64,000 nt of DNA from Octopus vulgaris (GCA_951406725.2 OX597819.1:92194001-92258000); one strand, 5' to 3'. Counted from the first letter of the stretch, positions 1-12,079 are shown. Notes: a model not told the origin generated them from the letters alone. Program-made: numbers and translations.

Positions 1-1364
1 ACCAGTTAAAAAACTGCCCAAAGCTAGAAAACCGTTTCCAATTTAAAATGCCTTGTTTCTTTAGCAACAAGTCTATTGTTTGCATTGACGGTCATAACTT
101 TCATTATACTTCTATATAACAGTAAAACTTTTAGACGACAATAAAACTTAGTAGAATATTTAACAAAGATTTTATAAATCAATGTTATACAGACACCATA
201 AATTGCTATCACACGAATGCTGTTAATCATTGTGATGTGGAAGGAAAAATTACAGTCACGCAGACATCATAAATGTATGTTACGGAAACACAATTCATTG
301 CTTATTTTCTAAGTTATAAATAAAGTGCTTATAAATTACGAAAGCAAGGAAGAAGTTGAATTTTCTGGTGAGAAATTGCTTAAAAGTCATCTTCATTAAA
401 TGAATTTCTATCACATTAATTTTACGAAGTTTGTTGTTTATTGTATTGTATAGTTATTCTCGTCTACATATGCTTTCTTTTTCGAAGAAGCACATATTGC
501 AAATTGAGCTGGGATTATACATTGTAAATCAGTTTGACCTGAGGTCAGTACGCATCGAGCAGGTCTATAATACATTTTTTAGATGTGACCATCCAGTACA
601 CACGCACACACATACACACACACAAACATACATACACATGCGTATATGCATAAAAAAAACACTACTTCAATTGCGTATACTGATTTTAATTCACCTGGGC
701 GGCTATTTGCAATATTAGTGTATGTTTTATTTACTGTTTGTTTCCTTTACTGAAGACGACAAGGTTTTGTCCCAGCATGTAGCTGAGTGCAAGTATGTGA
801 CATTAAAATGGTTCAAAAAGGCTAAAATGCGTCTTGAGACACCCTTGTTCTTGTTGGGGGCATATTTTCCTCTACTTTTGATACAGATTTTGCTTTTAAT
901 ACCACATATCGACAAGAGATGTTATCTCAGGACAAATGCCACAGTTACTGGCTTATCAGCAGTGTGTATACATTAGATATGATGCATACATAGGTGTGTA
1001 TAGAAATAATGGTTATGAATAAAAATAAGCCAGCTTTCTAATTGCAGCAGCAATGGTCTTTCAATCAGTGTTTTTCTGTTTCAATAATGACGTCTTTTGT
1101 CTTAACACGTAGTTTCAACTGGGTACTTGCTTCTGAAGAAATCCAAAGATGCCGAAATGCGTATCTAGCTGTACAACCTCGTTTCTTGATGATTTTTATC
1201 TACTATTGATAAATTCTTGTGTTTCTTTAAAATTGTATGTTTATAAGAAATATCATCTTAGAACGAATATTGCAGTGCATTCGTGTTTCTGTGATGTATC
1301 TGCATTAAATATAATACACTTATTGATATTTTAAACTAACACTGCCTCTGGTGAACAAAACGAG

Positions 1365-1368
<4 letters not shown>

Positions 1369-1426
<58 letters not shown>

Positions 1427-1437
1427 ACTACTACTAT

Positions 1438-1524
<87 letters not shown>

Positions 1525-1598
1525 GACTACTACTAATACTGCTGCTGCTGCTTCTGCTGCTGCTTCTGCTGCTGCTTCTGCTGCTGCTTCTGCTGCAG

Positions 1599-1654
<56 letters not shown>

Positions 1655-1671
1655 GCTACTACTACAACAAC

Positions 1672-1728
<57 letters not shown>
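1369..1728. repeat. Compound trinucleotide microsatellite (AAT)n-(ACT)n-(GCT)n-(ACT)n-(AAT)n
   Basis: Directly visible; it explains the poly-I/poly-S ORF 1331..1762. Confidence 0.97.
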
Positions 1729-1730
<2 letters not shown>

Positions 1731-2284
1731 GCCCTGATGCAGTACCAGGCAGTGGCTCTCATGGCTTCTCATCTTAACTGATTGGAAGTGTTATCATGTA
1801 CATTGTTTTGTCTTGGTATAAAAGATGGGCTACAGCAAATATTCTGCTCAATACCACAGATTTGCTTGTCAGTTGCTTTACCTTAACCAGTTGAGCATGT
1901 CCCTTGGTGGCTGACGATATGTACATCTCTGATCACGAACAGAAGTAGTGGGGGAGCATCATAGCCTTGTGTTGAGAGGGATTCTTTGGGATTTGGATAA
2001 TTCACCTCTGTAAACATGGGTGGTTCTTTCAACATCCTTCAACAACTCTTATTCAGGGACCTTTTGAGCGGGATGGGCTACTCAACCAGAAGAAAATTCT
2101 AACTGGGCCCCACCTGCAAGGTCATGTGCTGTTTATCTTGATATGAAATCACCATGTCGCGCACATATGGTTGTGATGCATGTGCCTGGTGTACCCTTAT
2201 CAGACGGGTAGTCATGATGGGTATATTGGGCTTCGTATATCTTACCCCAGTGTCACTTTGATGGCATGAACTGCTCTCTCACTC
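1729..2284. mobile_element. ~555-bp non-coding interspersed element embedded in an (AAT)n array (probable non-autonomous retroelement)
   Basis: Complex, relatively GC-balanced sequence bounded on both sides by pure (AAT)n; no long ORF. Targeting of (TAA)n is known for R4/Dong-type LINEs, and fragments of such LINEs occur in this window. The family assignment is inference. Confidence 0.55.
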
Positions 2285-2350
<66 letters not shown>

Positions 2351-2960
2351 TCAACTAGAATCGGGTACTTGAAAAGATATGTGTCAGGTAGGGTTGGATA
2401 AATTTGTAGTCACCACCTATAGTTGATAAATATGAAATAGGATATTCCGGTTGTGTCCACAGAGAAAACTAACCCTATAAGTATTTAGCGTCTAGGGGTT
2501 GGTGCAAAGCACACGTTACGTTGATTCTACGTTGTTGGTATACTAAAGGGTGTCCGACGTATCGTTAATCCCTATGGTGTATTGTAATCAAATGAATACT
2601 ACCAGATGTTTGATAATTGTCAGCTCGTTACAGCTATTTCGTACGCTCACAAATTAAATTCTTACGCTGACCATAAATATCATATTACATCCTTTCAAAA
2701 ACTAAATTCTTAACTTAACTCTACCCGCTAACGCCCACAACGGCCAATTTTGTTGGTAATTCTCCCATTCATGGCAAGCCTCGACAGACTTCAGCCGCGT
2801 CCCTACGGTATTCTTGGGATACTCTTTTGCTTTTGAAATTATGTTTCATCTGATCATTACGGTTTTTTGCAATTTCCTATTTACCAAATGCGTAAGAAAC
2901 AGTTATAATGAGGTGACAATTATCCATCGCCTGCGATTAATCATTTGATTATATGTATAA

Positions 2961-3013
<53 letters not shown>

Positions 3014-3014
<1 letters not shown>

Positions 3015-3212
3015 TTTATTTTAAGCAGCAGAAAATTCAACAAAATCTGTTACTCTGAGTTTCTCGTTGCCGTTCAAAAGACAGTTTTTGCTAGAATGGA
3101 ACCGATATACCAATTCAATCTAGACTCTTACAAACGCTACACCTTTAAAAAGAAATGGACTTGTTTGATTGGCCCTTTAGAAAAAAACGGTCAATCTTCG
3201 AGCGATAAACAA
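3014..3212 (-). repeat. 3' pseudo-LTR of the PLE (hammerhead core mutated to CUUUUGA)
   Basis: Near-identical to 6420-6617. It reads gttcaaaagacag at 3072-3084 where the 5' copy reads gttcatcagacag. Confidence 0.9.
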
Positions 3213-4169
3213 AAAGGTCAAAAATATATGTATATATATATAAAAAAGCTTATAAAAATTATAAAATCCGAGGAAAAAACCTTACATTGAATAAAATACA
3301 TATTGACATTAATGAAGAAAGTATAAATTAATTCATAGGAATTAAACCTGTTATAAATATTACACTGCAATACATATTTTTATTAAAATGTGCATATATA
3401 TATCAACATACACAAAAAGGATGCGCGCCAACGCCATACATATACAGACGTATGAATATAAATCTAAATATACACATAAATGCATGTGTACATATATTCA
3501 CGCTAAACCATCTCGCACGCAAGTTAAAAATCATGTATGTAGCGATTCTCATATACTGGGTAAGGGGGGAACGAAAGAAAGGAAGAGAGAGAAAAAGGAA
3601 CGAAGGAGGGGTGGGGAAAAAAACGAAATAAGAAAAAATTATGTATACAATCTGTGTAACGGCGTTATTGGCATATATGGAGACAAGTATACAAACAAGT
3701 TCGTATGGATACATACATACAGTCGTGTATATGTGTGCTTAAGCACAAACATACTCTCACTTACACATACACAGATACGCATGCTTACAAATACGTATCC
3801 TCGGCTATACACATACTTACATCAACATTTTAATTTTGACAACATTGCTTTTTGAAAAAAACATTGCTTTTTTTTTTAAAAGAATGGGTGCATTAATAAA
3901 AATATATACGAAAGACATATAAAATAAAATAACACCCTATTTTGGATCATTTATAAATAATCAAGGTAATATAAATAATCAAGGTAATCCTATACAATAC
4001 AGTAACCTGAAAACAGGGTCGAAGGTTTTTTCTGATGTATATGTAGAAACATAAGACTTTGCTATACGGATTAAGATCCGCATAGCTTGGAAAACAAAAT
4101 CCATTGTAGCGCTCATCGTTCAAGAGTCAAAATCAAAATTTCAAAAATCAAAAATACAAAATATATACT

Positions 4170-6281
4170 CTATCCATATGGTATATTTATATTCGACATT
4201 TTAAATTTAGCCGCGTGCCTACATAAGTTCATTAGCTCGCTTCTTTGATTCAAAGAATTATTGTCTTTGAATAAGATGTACATTTTTTCTAATAGACAAA
4301 GTTTGCACTTGAAATTATTTTTGTAAGTTCCATTCCTGTATGGTGCCGCCCTGTCCAGAATGCTCCATGTCACGTTGAAAGGTGGGGCTTCCTTTTCTTT
4401 TAGTTCCCAGACATATTTTGCTAGGCTGGTCTTCTTCCTATTCTCTGGGTATTTAAATGAATTTTTATGAGAATAAAATCTTGTTTTAAATGAATTTTCT
4501 GAAGCCCCTGTGTATGTCTTGTATTCTGATGAGCTTTCCACTTGCACCTTGGCTCTATAAACTACTCCTTTCACTAGATATTTCCCTTCTAACGGACAGG
4601 AGCTTTCGTTTTTGCAATTGCATTTCTTAATGGGCTCGGCACCATGTCTAATCTCAATTAGCTTCCTATTATGTTGGCTAATGTAAGAGGCGAAATTTCT
4701 GCAACAAGAATAGCTAACTTTTAGGGTTCTTCTATTAAAAATTCTATAGAATTTATGACCCTGCTTAAAATGCTTAGAGACTAATCTCAAAAATTCCTTA
4801 CCTATATTAGTCTTTACGGCCAAATTGAAAGCCGGGTTGAACCACAAAACTTTCCTGGTCCTAGTTCTTCGTGCAGCATTATTATCAGCATTAAGCTGGT
4901 TGAACTGGATCTTCTCAGAGAATCCACTATTCTTTAATGCGCTATCGTAATAAGGTGCAGCATTATGGAATGCTGCCTCGTCAGAAGAAATTGAAGATAT
5001 TCTTCTACCTACATTGCTGACTAAGTTCCTAAGGATAACTGGTGGATGGTTTGAATCTTTGCTAATATACGATAGCTTTTCATTGGGCTTACGGAAAGGT
5101 TTAAATCTATCCGATCTTACATTAAAATTTACGTCTAAAAAATCTACACTATTCAGGTTAGCATCTATCGTAACCCGTAAGCCCATCCTTTGAAAGAAAG
5201 CTATGAGGTCCTTCCTAAGTCTATCTGATTCATGGCCGTTTAGATTATGCGTGGCTATAAGACCGTCATCCCTATACAAACCTGCATCTATAAAAGGGAA
5301 TTCTATTTTTAGATTATGGTGAATAAAGGTTCCTATGAGCATACATAACTCAGCCCCGTCGTATGCCCCCATCGGTACATCGAAAAGAGAATCCTCGGTC
5401 TTCTTAATCCAGGTGGAATCCTCGAAAAAAAGAAGCGATTTCCTCGCATGCATAATAATATCAATTTCCGAGCTATCGATGTTGACATATTGCTTGGCGA
5501 AGTCCAATGCCCTTAGGAGCAACGTCCTAGATATTGACGGGTAAAAGTCAATAATGTCGAATTGTGTGAAACTACAATTATTCTTATAGCTAATACCTTT
5601 AAACCACTCTATGACTGACTTACTATTCTTCCAAATTCTCAAGTCCACTTCGCTATCTAACTTAACTAAAATACGGTCCAAAATAGTTTTAGCCGGATTT
5701 ATCAATCTACATTTGGGGTTTCTACTAAAATTGGCTTTATGGTCTTTCAGAGTGATAAAAGCTGGTCGTGGTGAAAGTTATTCAATCCTATCGCTAATCT
5801 TAAGATCGTTAGCTATTCCTCTTGCTTCTAAGTTCACCTCTTTGTATATATTCGTGTTGTCTTTTTTGTATGTGTCTGTGACACTATTCAAAATCAGGCG
5901 CTTATAAACGTCCTTATCAAGTGCATATAAGTTCCTTGTCTTATCAGAATTAACGAAGATCTTATTCGAGTCGTTAATCTCCTTAATTTTTTCTCTCATA
6001 TTTTTCTGCAATTCGTTGGTATATTTGCGGAATTTAATTTTCCTAATAAGCTCGAAAAGGTCTTTCTCGAAGGCTTCTAATTCCGGAATAGGTGGCGGGT
6101 TTCTGGGAGATTTAAATCCATATTTGTTTCCTTCTATTTTCTGTTTATTATCAAAGAAGAAGGCTTTCCATCTCAATCTTCGAATAAACTCTTCCGTTTT
6201 CTCTATAAGACCTTTGAGATATTGTTTCCGTGCAGGGATAGGTATATTTTTCTGAGAAAAATCCAGCGAGTAAAGTTCCAT
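4170..6281 (-). pseudogene. PLE reverse transcriptase + C-terminal GIY-YIG endonuclease (~703 codons, one in-frame TAA at 5778-5780)
   Basis: ORFs 5778..6281 and 4170..5705 are in the same frame, joined by [33 protein letters not shown]. N-terminal motifs SQKNIPIP and SDKTRNLY. RT motifs FDIIDFYPSI, PMGAYDGAELC, LYRDDGL, DFLDV, HPP. Linker CNCKNESSCP. GIY-YIG-like VVYRAKV...YTGASENSFKTRFYSH, then CKLCLLEK and LNQRSELMNLCRH. Confidence 0.93.
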
Positions 6282-6419
6282 CTTTTTCAGCTGTTTGTTC
6301 TTCCTACTTGTGCAGAGTCGCTCAAACTTTTATAAGGAGCGGGTTACACCGGAGTAAACACATAAATGTGAAACAAGGTGGAAAAAAGAGTACTCAAATA
6401 CCAGTGGTAGAGTAATATG

Positions 6420-6617
6420 CTTTATTTTAAGCAGCAGAAAATTCAACAAAATCTGTTACTCTGAGTTTCTCGTTGCCGTTCATCAGACAGTTTTTCTAGA
6501 ATGGAACCGATATACCAATTCAATCTAGACTCTTACAAACGCTGCACCTTTAAAAAGAAATGGACTTGTTTGATTGGCCCTTTAGAAAAAAACGGTCAAT
6601 CTTCGAGCGATAAACAA
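6420..6617 (-). repeat. 5' pseudo-LTR of the PLE
   Basis: Direct repeat of 3014-3212, ending about 140 nt upstream of the ATG at 6281. Confidence 0.9.
6453..6490 (-). ncRNA. Minimal type I hammerhead ribozyme in the 5' pLTR
   Basis: Minus strand reads CUGU-CUGAUGA-A-CG(GCAA)CG-A-GAAA-CUC(A)GAG-UA-ACAG. Stem I CUGU/ACAG, full core, GNRA-capped stem II, palindromic stem III, GUA cleavage triplet. Confidence 0.85.
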
Positions 6618-6811
6618 TATATATGTATGCATATATATATATTATTATTATTATTGCAATTTACTTAATCTTTACATTTTATTGTTATTTTAATTTTAAC
6701 TTTTCTATTATATGTAATTTTCTAGATAGTGTAATTTAATTGTTCATTTTGAATTGATAAAAGGTGTTTTTTCTAATTTTATATATATATATATACATAT
6801 ATATATGTATA

Positions 6812-7094
6812 TCACTGTGTTCACCGTGACCGACCAGGCTATCAGATGTTGCTACACATCGCTGGTCACAATGCGCTTGACGCTACCCCGCTGGCTAAGC
6901 GAGCAAGCCAACAAAAGAAAGAGCGAGAGAAAGTTGTGGCGAAAGAGTACAGCAGGGATCGTCACCAACCCCTGCCGGAACCTCACGGAGCTTTAGGTAT
7001 TTTCGCTCAATAAACACTCACAACGCCCAGTCTGGGGATCAAAACCGCGATCCTACGACCGCGAGTCAGCTGCCCTAACCACTGGGCCATTGCG

Positions 7095-7098
<4 letters not shown>
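6812..7098 (-). mobile_element. tRNA-derived SINE, family C
   Basis: Reverse complement of the copy at 24919-25225 (head gaggcgcaatggcccagtggttagggcagc). Confidence 0.85.
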
Positions 7099-7160
<62 letters not shown>

Positions 7161-7163
<3 letters not shown>

Positions 7164-7329
7164 GAGAATTCACAAAAAAACAAAAACGAAGACAGGTGGT
7201 GTAGGAAACAAACAGATGTATCAGTATAAAGCTCGGGAATTGAAAAAGTCTTTAACGTTTCGAGCCTACGCTCTTCCACAGAAAGGAACACAGAAAGAAA
7301 CAAGGAGAGAAAATTTTGTGTAGTGGCTA
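7161..7329 (-). mobile_element. Short microsatellite-embedded element (solo pLTR-like) with a variant hammerhead at 7250-7285
   Basis: Homologous to 39069-39241 in opposite orientation; flanked by (CA)n. Motif CUUU-CUGUGGA-A-GAGC(GUAG)GCUC-GAAAC-GUU-AAAG. Confidence 0.7.
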
Positions 7330-8687
7330 CACACACAAACACACACATACACACACACATGTATATAGATACGTATGTATGCATGTACATATATATAAGC
7401 AAATTAGCTAGTTAGAAAATCTCTTATAGACATGAAAGCAATAACTATACAGAGAAGTGATGTTTTATCGCCACTTCAACATCGTTGTTCCAGAGGAAGC
7501 GATGTTACTGCCATTTTAATCCCCGGAGGATGTCTCTTCGAGCTGTTTATTCGCTGCAATATGCATCCGATATATATTGCAAGCAGGAAGCGAACCATAT
7601 TCCAGCGACAAGACGACGAGACCGTACAAAAAGGAGCTATTTGTGCTGACCATCAGTGGTGGATACTCGCCCGCTAGAGATAGAAGTAGTTTGCTCCAGC
7701 TCACAATATATAAGAAAATAAGCGACAATCAGTCAATCTATCCCGTTACAGTGATAAGGAGAGGCTCCACGCGAAGCTGTGATAGATATTTGCCAAAGAT
7801 GCTGTATTGGGATCGAACGTGAAACCTCGTGTTTGTAAAGCGAATTTTGCTACAATTATGCCACACCCATATATACAAATGCGCGAATACACACATGGTT
7901 TATCGCTTTTCCTTTCGACAGAAATTTCATCTTTCACTGCGCATCATGTAATGTTCCTGACATTCTAAGGTTCACTTATGTTACTGTCGTTATTGATGAG
8001 TTCTTTCATTATCTCAACATTAGTTAATGTTTTATGGGCTTCTGTTCCTTCATACTTCTTTTATCAATGTATGTTAAATATCAATTCCAAGCAGATTCCT
8101 TAAAGTCGGATCCTGTTAGGTGCGCCGAATTGGAACATTTTGAAACAAACTCATGCTATTTGTCTGACGAACTTGATATGTGTACAAAATAACATTCAGC
8201 GTGTAGATGTAAGCTCATGATGTATGTATCTTCATGATTCTCATTATGTCTCTATGCTACTATGGCTCGCTGGCGTCCTTTACAGCTGTGCTAAATATCA
8301 CGCCACAATAATCTTGACATCTAACTCTTTATACATGTAAAGTACACAAATCCCATAGCCGGTTTGATAAATGTCCAAACATAACAATAACAAAGTTAAA
8401 TCGAAAACTATGCACTCTCCTGCCAGGTAAAATAAATTAATAAAGAATGTACTATGTAATACTTCTGTTTGTAAGGAGATTTATAACCGGAATTTGTTAA
8501 CTTACACGTAGATTTTCTCCTTTCTGTAATTGTAAGTTTATTTTCTACTTCCGCTCTATCTCTCTTGCTATCTATATCTCTCTTGAGTTCAGCAAAAATT
8601 TTAGATTCAGATGAATATGGTACTTAAGTTGAGGCATCAGAATTTATTACGGTATTATCTATACAATTTCAAAGTAAGGTGATTAAA

Positions 8688-8951
8688 ATCAAAATAAAAA
8701 AAAAACAAATATCCAGAGGTAATGCAGTACGATCGTTTCAAGCAACTCCATGTAATTGAACAATCCAATCATTACAGCAATGTTCAGCTGCACAAAACAT
8801 ATAATTTAATTAGATTAGAACAGATAGATATATTAGTATAATTATACCTAAAATCTCCAAGAAGTTCAGGAGATAGACAAAAAACATGCTGTCTCTACTT
8901 CAACATAATAAACTTCTATTACCTCTGGATATCCTTGTTGCTTATTTTGAT
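8688..8951. mobile_element. Element with ~35-bp imperfect terminal inverted repeats and a degenerate minus-strand HHR (8724-8791)
   Basis: atcaaaataa...atatccagaggtaat pairs with attacctctggatat...ttattttgat. Minus strand reads GCAG-CUGAACA-...-GAAA-CGAUCG-UA-CUGC. Confidence 0.55.
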
Positions 8952-9832
8952 ATTATATCTCTCATGATATATATCCTTGTTGAAAAATAAAACAACTATC
9001 AAATAATTATTATAACTAACACTACCTATGGAAATTTCTGTTTTATACGTCTTCATTTTCTTCTTGTATAGATATAAATGTATAGATCTTTATTACATCG
9101 TTTTCTTATATAAAACATTTCGTTTTTATCCTCAATTTCTTTCCACAATTAAGTTTGCTTAAAATGTAACACTCGAACTTACTTTAATTTATAAATATTG
9201 ATTGTTTTTGTTTTTTAAGTTACTTAGAGCTAAGCTTATTTAAAGTGTTAATATATAGAAATAAATTTTATTGCGTTAAAAATTTCAGTTTTGTTTTCGT
9301 CTGCATCACATTTTTATGCTAGTTAAATACATAACAAGCAAAATCGACTAATATATCATAATGTATGTTTGAAAAAAAAATATGTATGTTTATTCCTAGC
9401 CTCAAATGAAAGATAGCTTCTCGTATAAATTATCTATGAATTTATTTTTAAATCTTTTTACCCATTAATATCTGTAGCACATGTTCAATACTTAGGTCTT
9501 TAATCTGTGTTATTCTTCATTAACTGCCGCAAAAAGCACGTTTTTGATACCAACCCGCTTAAGACCGCTCTTGTTTCTTTGACACAAGCTTCCCGTTATT
9601 CCACATAAATTTATATTCAAAACCCTAACTTAATAACAACAATGTTTTACTAAATTCATTATTAATTTCAGAATAAATTGAATAAAAAGCACTATATTTC
9701 TCCCAGAAATTTAGTGACAAAACGATTAAATCAGCTTTGATATAGTAATCATTCATGTTTTCTATACATTTCAGATCTAGAGGTAGTTCAGATCAAAATA
9801 AAATTTGTCAGTTTTGATATTCGAGAAATGTA

Positions 9833-10040
9833 AGACGGCGATCGAACAAAGTTATTGCACCGGAAAAAAAATGCTTAGTGGCATTTCGTATGTCTTTTCG
9901 TTCTGAGTTCAAATTCCGCCGAAGTTGACTTTCCCTGTTATTCTTTTCAATGGTCGATAAAATAAGTACCAGTTGAATAATGGGTCGTTGAAATCGACCT
10001 ACTCTCCAATTGCTGGCTATATGTCAAAATTTGAAACCGA
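9833..10040 (+). mobile_element. tRNA-derived SINE, family B (diverged)
   Basis: aagacggcga...atgcttagtggcatttcg...ttctgagttcaaattccgccgaagttgactt...gtcgataaaataagtaccag; matches the reverse complement of 23016-23432. Confidence 0.75.
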
Positions 10041-10784
10041 TATTAGGAGACGTTTAATTTTATTAGCTATGTTAAAAGAAAACATCGATTTACTTTTAGT
10101 TCCGGGTTGGCTTTGATTGGATAAATAACTGGAATGCTTTTTAATCAAATTCATTCCAGTTGTGACCACCTACCCTTCGTAACGAAAACATCTAAGTTTA
10201 CAAATATTTGTAATGTACTTACAAACGGAAGTACTATATAGTACAGCTTGTTTTACCAGGGTGGGGAGTATTTAACTTTGTTGTTATTATGTTTGGACAC
10301 TTTTCAAAGCGGATGTGAGATTTGTGTACTTCATATGTATAAAGCGTAATATGCCAAGATCGTTATGACGTGACATTTAACAGAAATCTACAACGCGGCA
10401 GAGAACCACGGTAGCATAGAGACATTATCAGTCTCAAGAAGCAGCATTTGCCAGACCAAATATATAAAAAGAATATGTACTCAAGAACTAAAACAAAGAA
10501 CCAAAATAAAACACATCATGAGTCTGTATCTACACGTTGAATGTTATTTCTTTTACATATGTGAAGCTCATCATGTAAAACATGTGAGGTTGTTTGAAAA
10601 ATGTTCCAATTCGATGCACAAACAAGCTCCGGCTTTGAGGAATCAGTTTGAAGTTGATAATTAACAAAGGCTTACATAAGTGCTTATTAAAGTGGGTGGG
10701 GGTATTCTTATATAACCACTGAAGGGCGATGTATGTATCTGCACAGATTTTGGTCATGTCCTCTATTTAAAAATTAATCTTTTA

Positions 10785-11110
10785 TCTTTTATCTCTTATT
10801 CGTTTCAGCCATTAGACTGCGGCCATGCTGAAGCACCACTCTGAAGAACTTTAAAAAAATTCTGGTACTTATTCTATCGGTCTCATCTTGCTTAACCGCT
10901 AATAAGTTGGTTGTCAAGCTGTGCCCAGAAGAAAGACAGACACGCGCGCACATTCACACTCACACACACACACACCGGTATACAACGGGCTTCTTTCAAT
11001 TTCCAAATCCACTCACAAGGCATTGGTCATCCGAAGTTATAATAAAAGCTCAAGGTGTCACACAGTAGGATTGAACTCAGAACCATATGGTTGGGAAGTA
11101 AACTTCTTAC
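10785..11110 (-). mobile_element. tRNA-derived SINE, family A (diverged)
   Basis: gtttcagccattagactgcggccatgctg...ccaaatccactcacaagg...aaccatatggttggg; matches the family A consensus. Confidence 0.75.
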
Positions 11111-12079
11111 CGTACATCCACCCCTCTAATATTTCTGTAAACCACTTGCTAACCACAATCAGAAAAACAAAGATTAATGACAATAGCAGAAACAACATCA
11201 GCATTGATAATAGGATGTGTTCAAATGTGAATAAGTAAATAAACCTAATGGAGCACAAAGAACGCGTAATTGGCTGATCAAATCTACATGCCAAAGAATA
11301 TCTACTTAGAAGCGCTTCAAATATTCGGTTATATTAGTGTGATGCCAGGATATTAGTGATGCTAGTTACGCGCACCAGACTAGAGCCCATAATGGAAGGT
11401 GCTACAAATTTATATTACGTGTATATACGTATATACATTAAAAATGGGGAGAAATGTTTGTATCGTAAGCAAGGGAGCATTGATAATGTGATTAACAGAA
11501 AAGTCGTAATGTGCTCGAAAAGGAATACATTATAAAATATCTTCCCTCTTTTTGATACGATAGTGCGTAACTTTTGCTGTTACTTCTTGACTGTCGAGTG
11601 ACCATGTGATGGCCCCGTGTTAGAATGAACTTCATGTTGGTAGATACAGAGTTGCGTGAATGGACCGCTACATAACAAGGAGTGAAATACTGGTTTCAAA
11701 GATTTTGCACCATAGTATGGCAACAATATCTTTGTAAATAACTGAAGGTTAACCTTTTTCGAGTGGCGGATCATCACTTCTTATTGTCAGAAGGAGGCGA
11801 ACTTTCCTGTAAGTTTCCCTTAATTAGCTCAAGCATCATCGTTTGTTATGTTTTTATGGTCTTTATTTGGGGAGCAACGAGTCGTGCCCAAGATATTTCG
11901 CAATAGATATTTTCAGAGGGGTAAAATCAATACAGTTAATGCTTAATCTACTCTTGCAGAGGGGAAAATGGTTTGGGGTGGACATTCCAAAGGGTTTACG
12001 CAGTATGTGCAAGGAATGGATGGAGAAGAGACAATGGTTTAGAGTAGGTTCTGGGAAGAGAGATACACTATTATTTTAA

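Larger units (their letters stand above)
3014..6617 (-). mobile_element. Penelope-like retroelement (Naiad-type) with direct pseudo-LTRs, inserted in (TA)n
   Basis: RT + GIY-YIG frame 6281-4170. A ~200-bp direct repeat (ctttattttaagcagcagaaaattc...gagcgataaacaa) lies at 3014-3212 and 6420-6617 and contains a hammerhead motif. (TA)n adjoins the left end (2964-3013) and TA-rich sequence the right end. Confidence 0.93.

Noticed and set aside
2056-2252. Possible HDV-like ribozyme (gacctt/aaggtc as P1, actggg/cccagt as P2)
   Set aside because: P3 is only 2 bp, and there is no clear P1.1 or J4/2 catalytic strand; too weak without a descriptor search.
2622-2655. Half-hammerhead GAAA-UAGCUG-UA on the minus strand (similar halves GAAACCGGNUC at ~41004-41015 and ~51506-51516)
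   Set aside because: The 5' core and stem I are missing or unrecognisable, so these were not counted as ribozymes.
5778-5780. In-frame stop in the Naiad-like ORF read as a selenocysteine codon
   Set aside because: The codon is TAA on the coding strand (tta on +), not TGA, and it is not at an obviously conserved Cys.
5335-6255. Plus-strand ORFs 5335..5544, 5611..5907 and 6016..6255
   Set aside because: Antisense shadows of the PLE reading frame.
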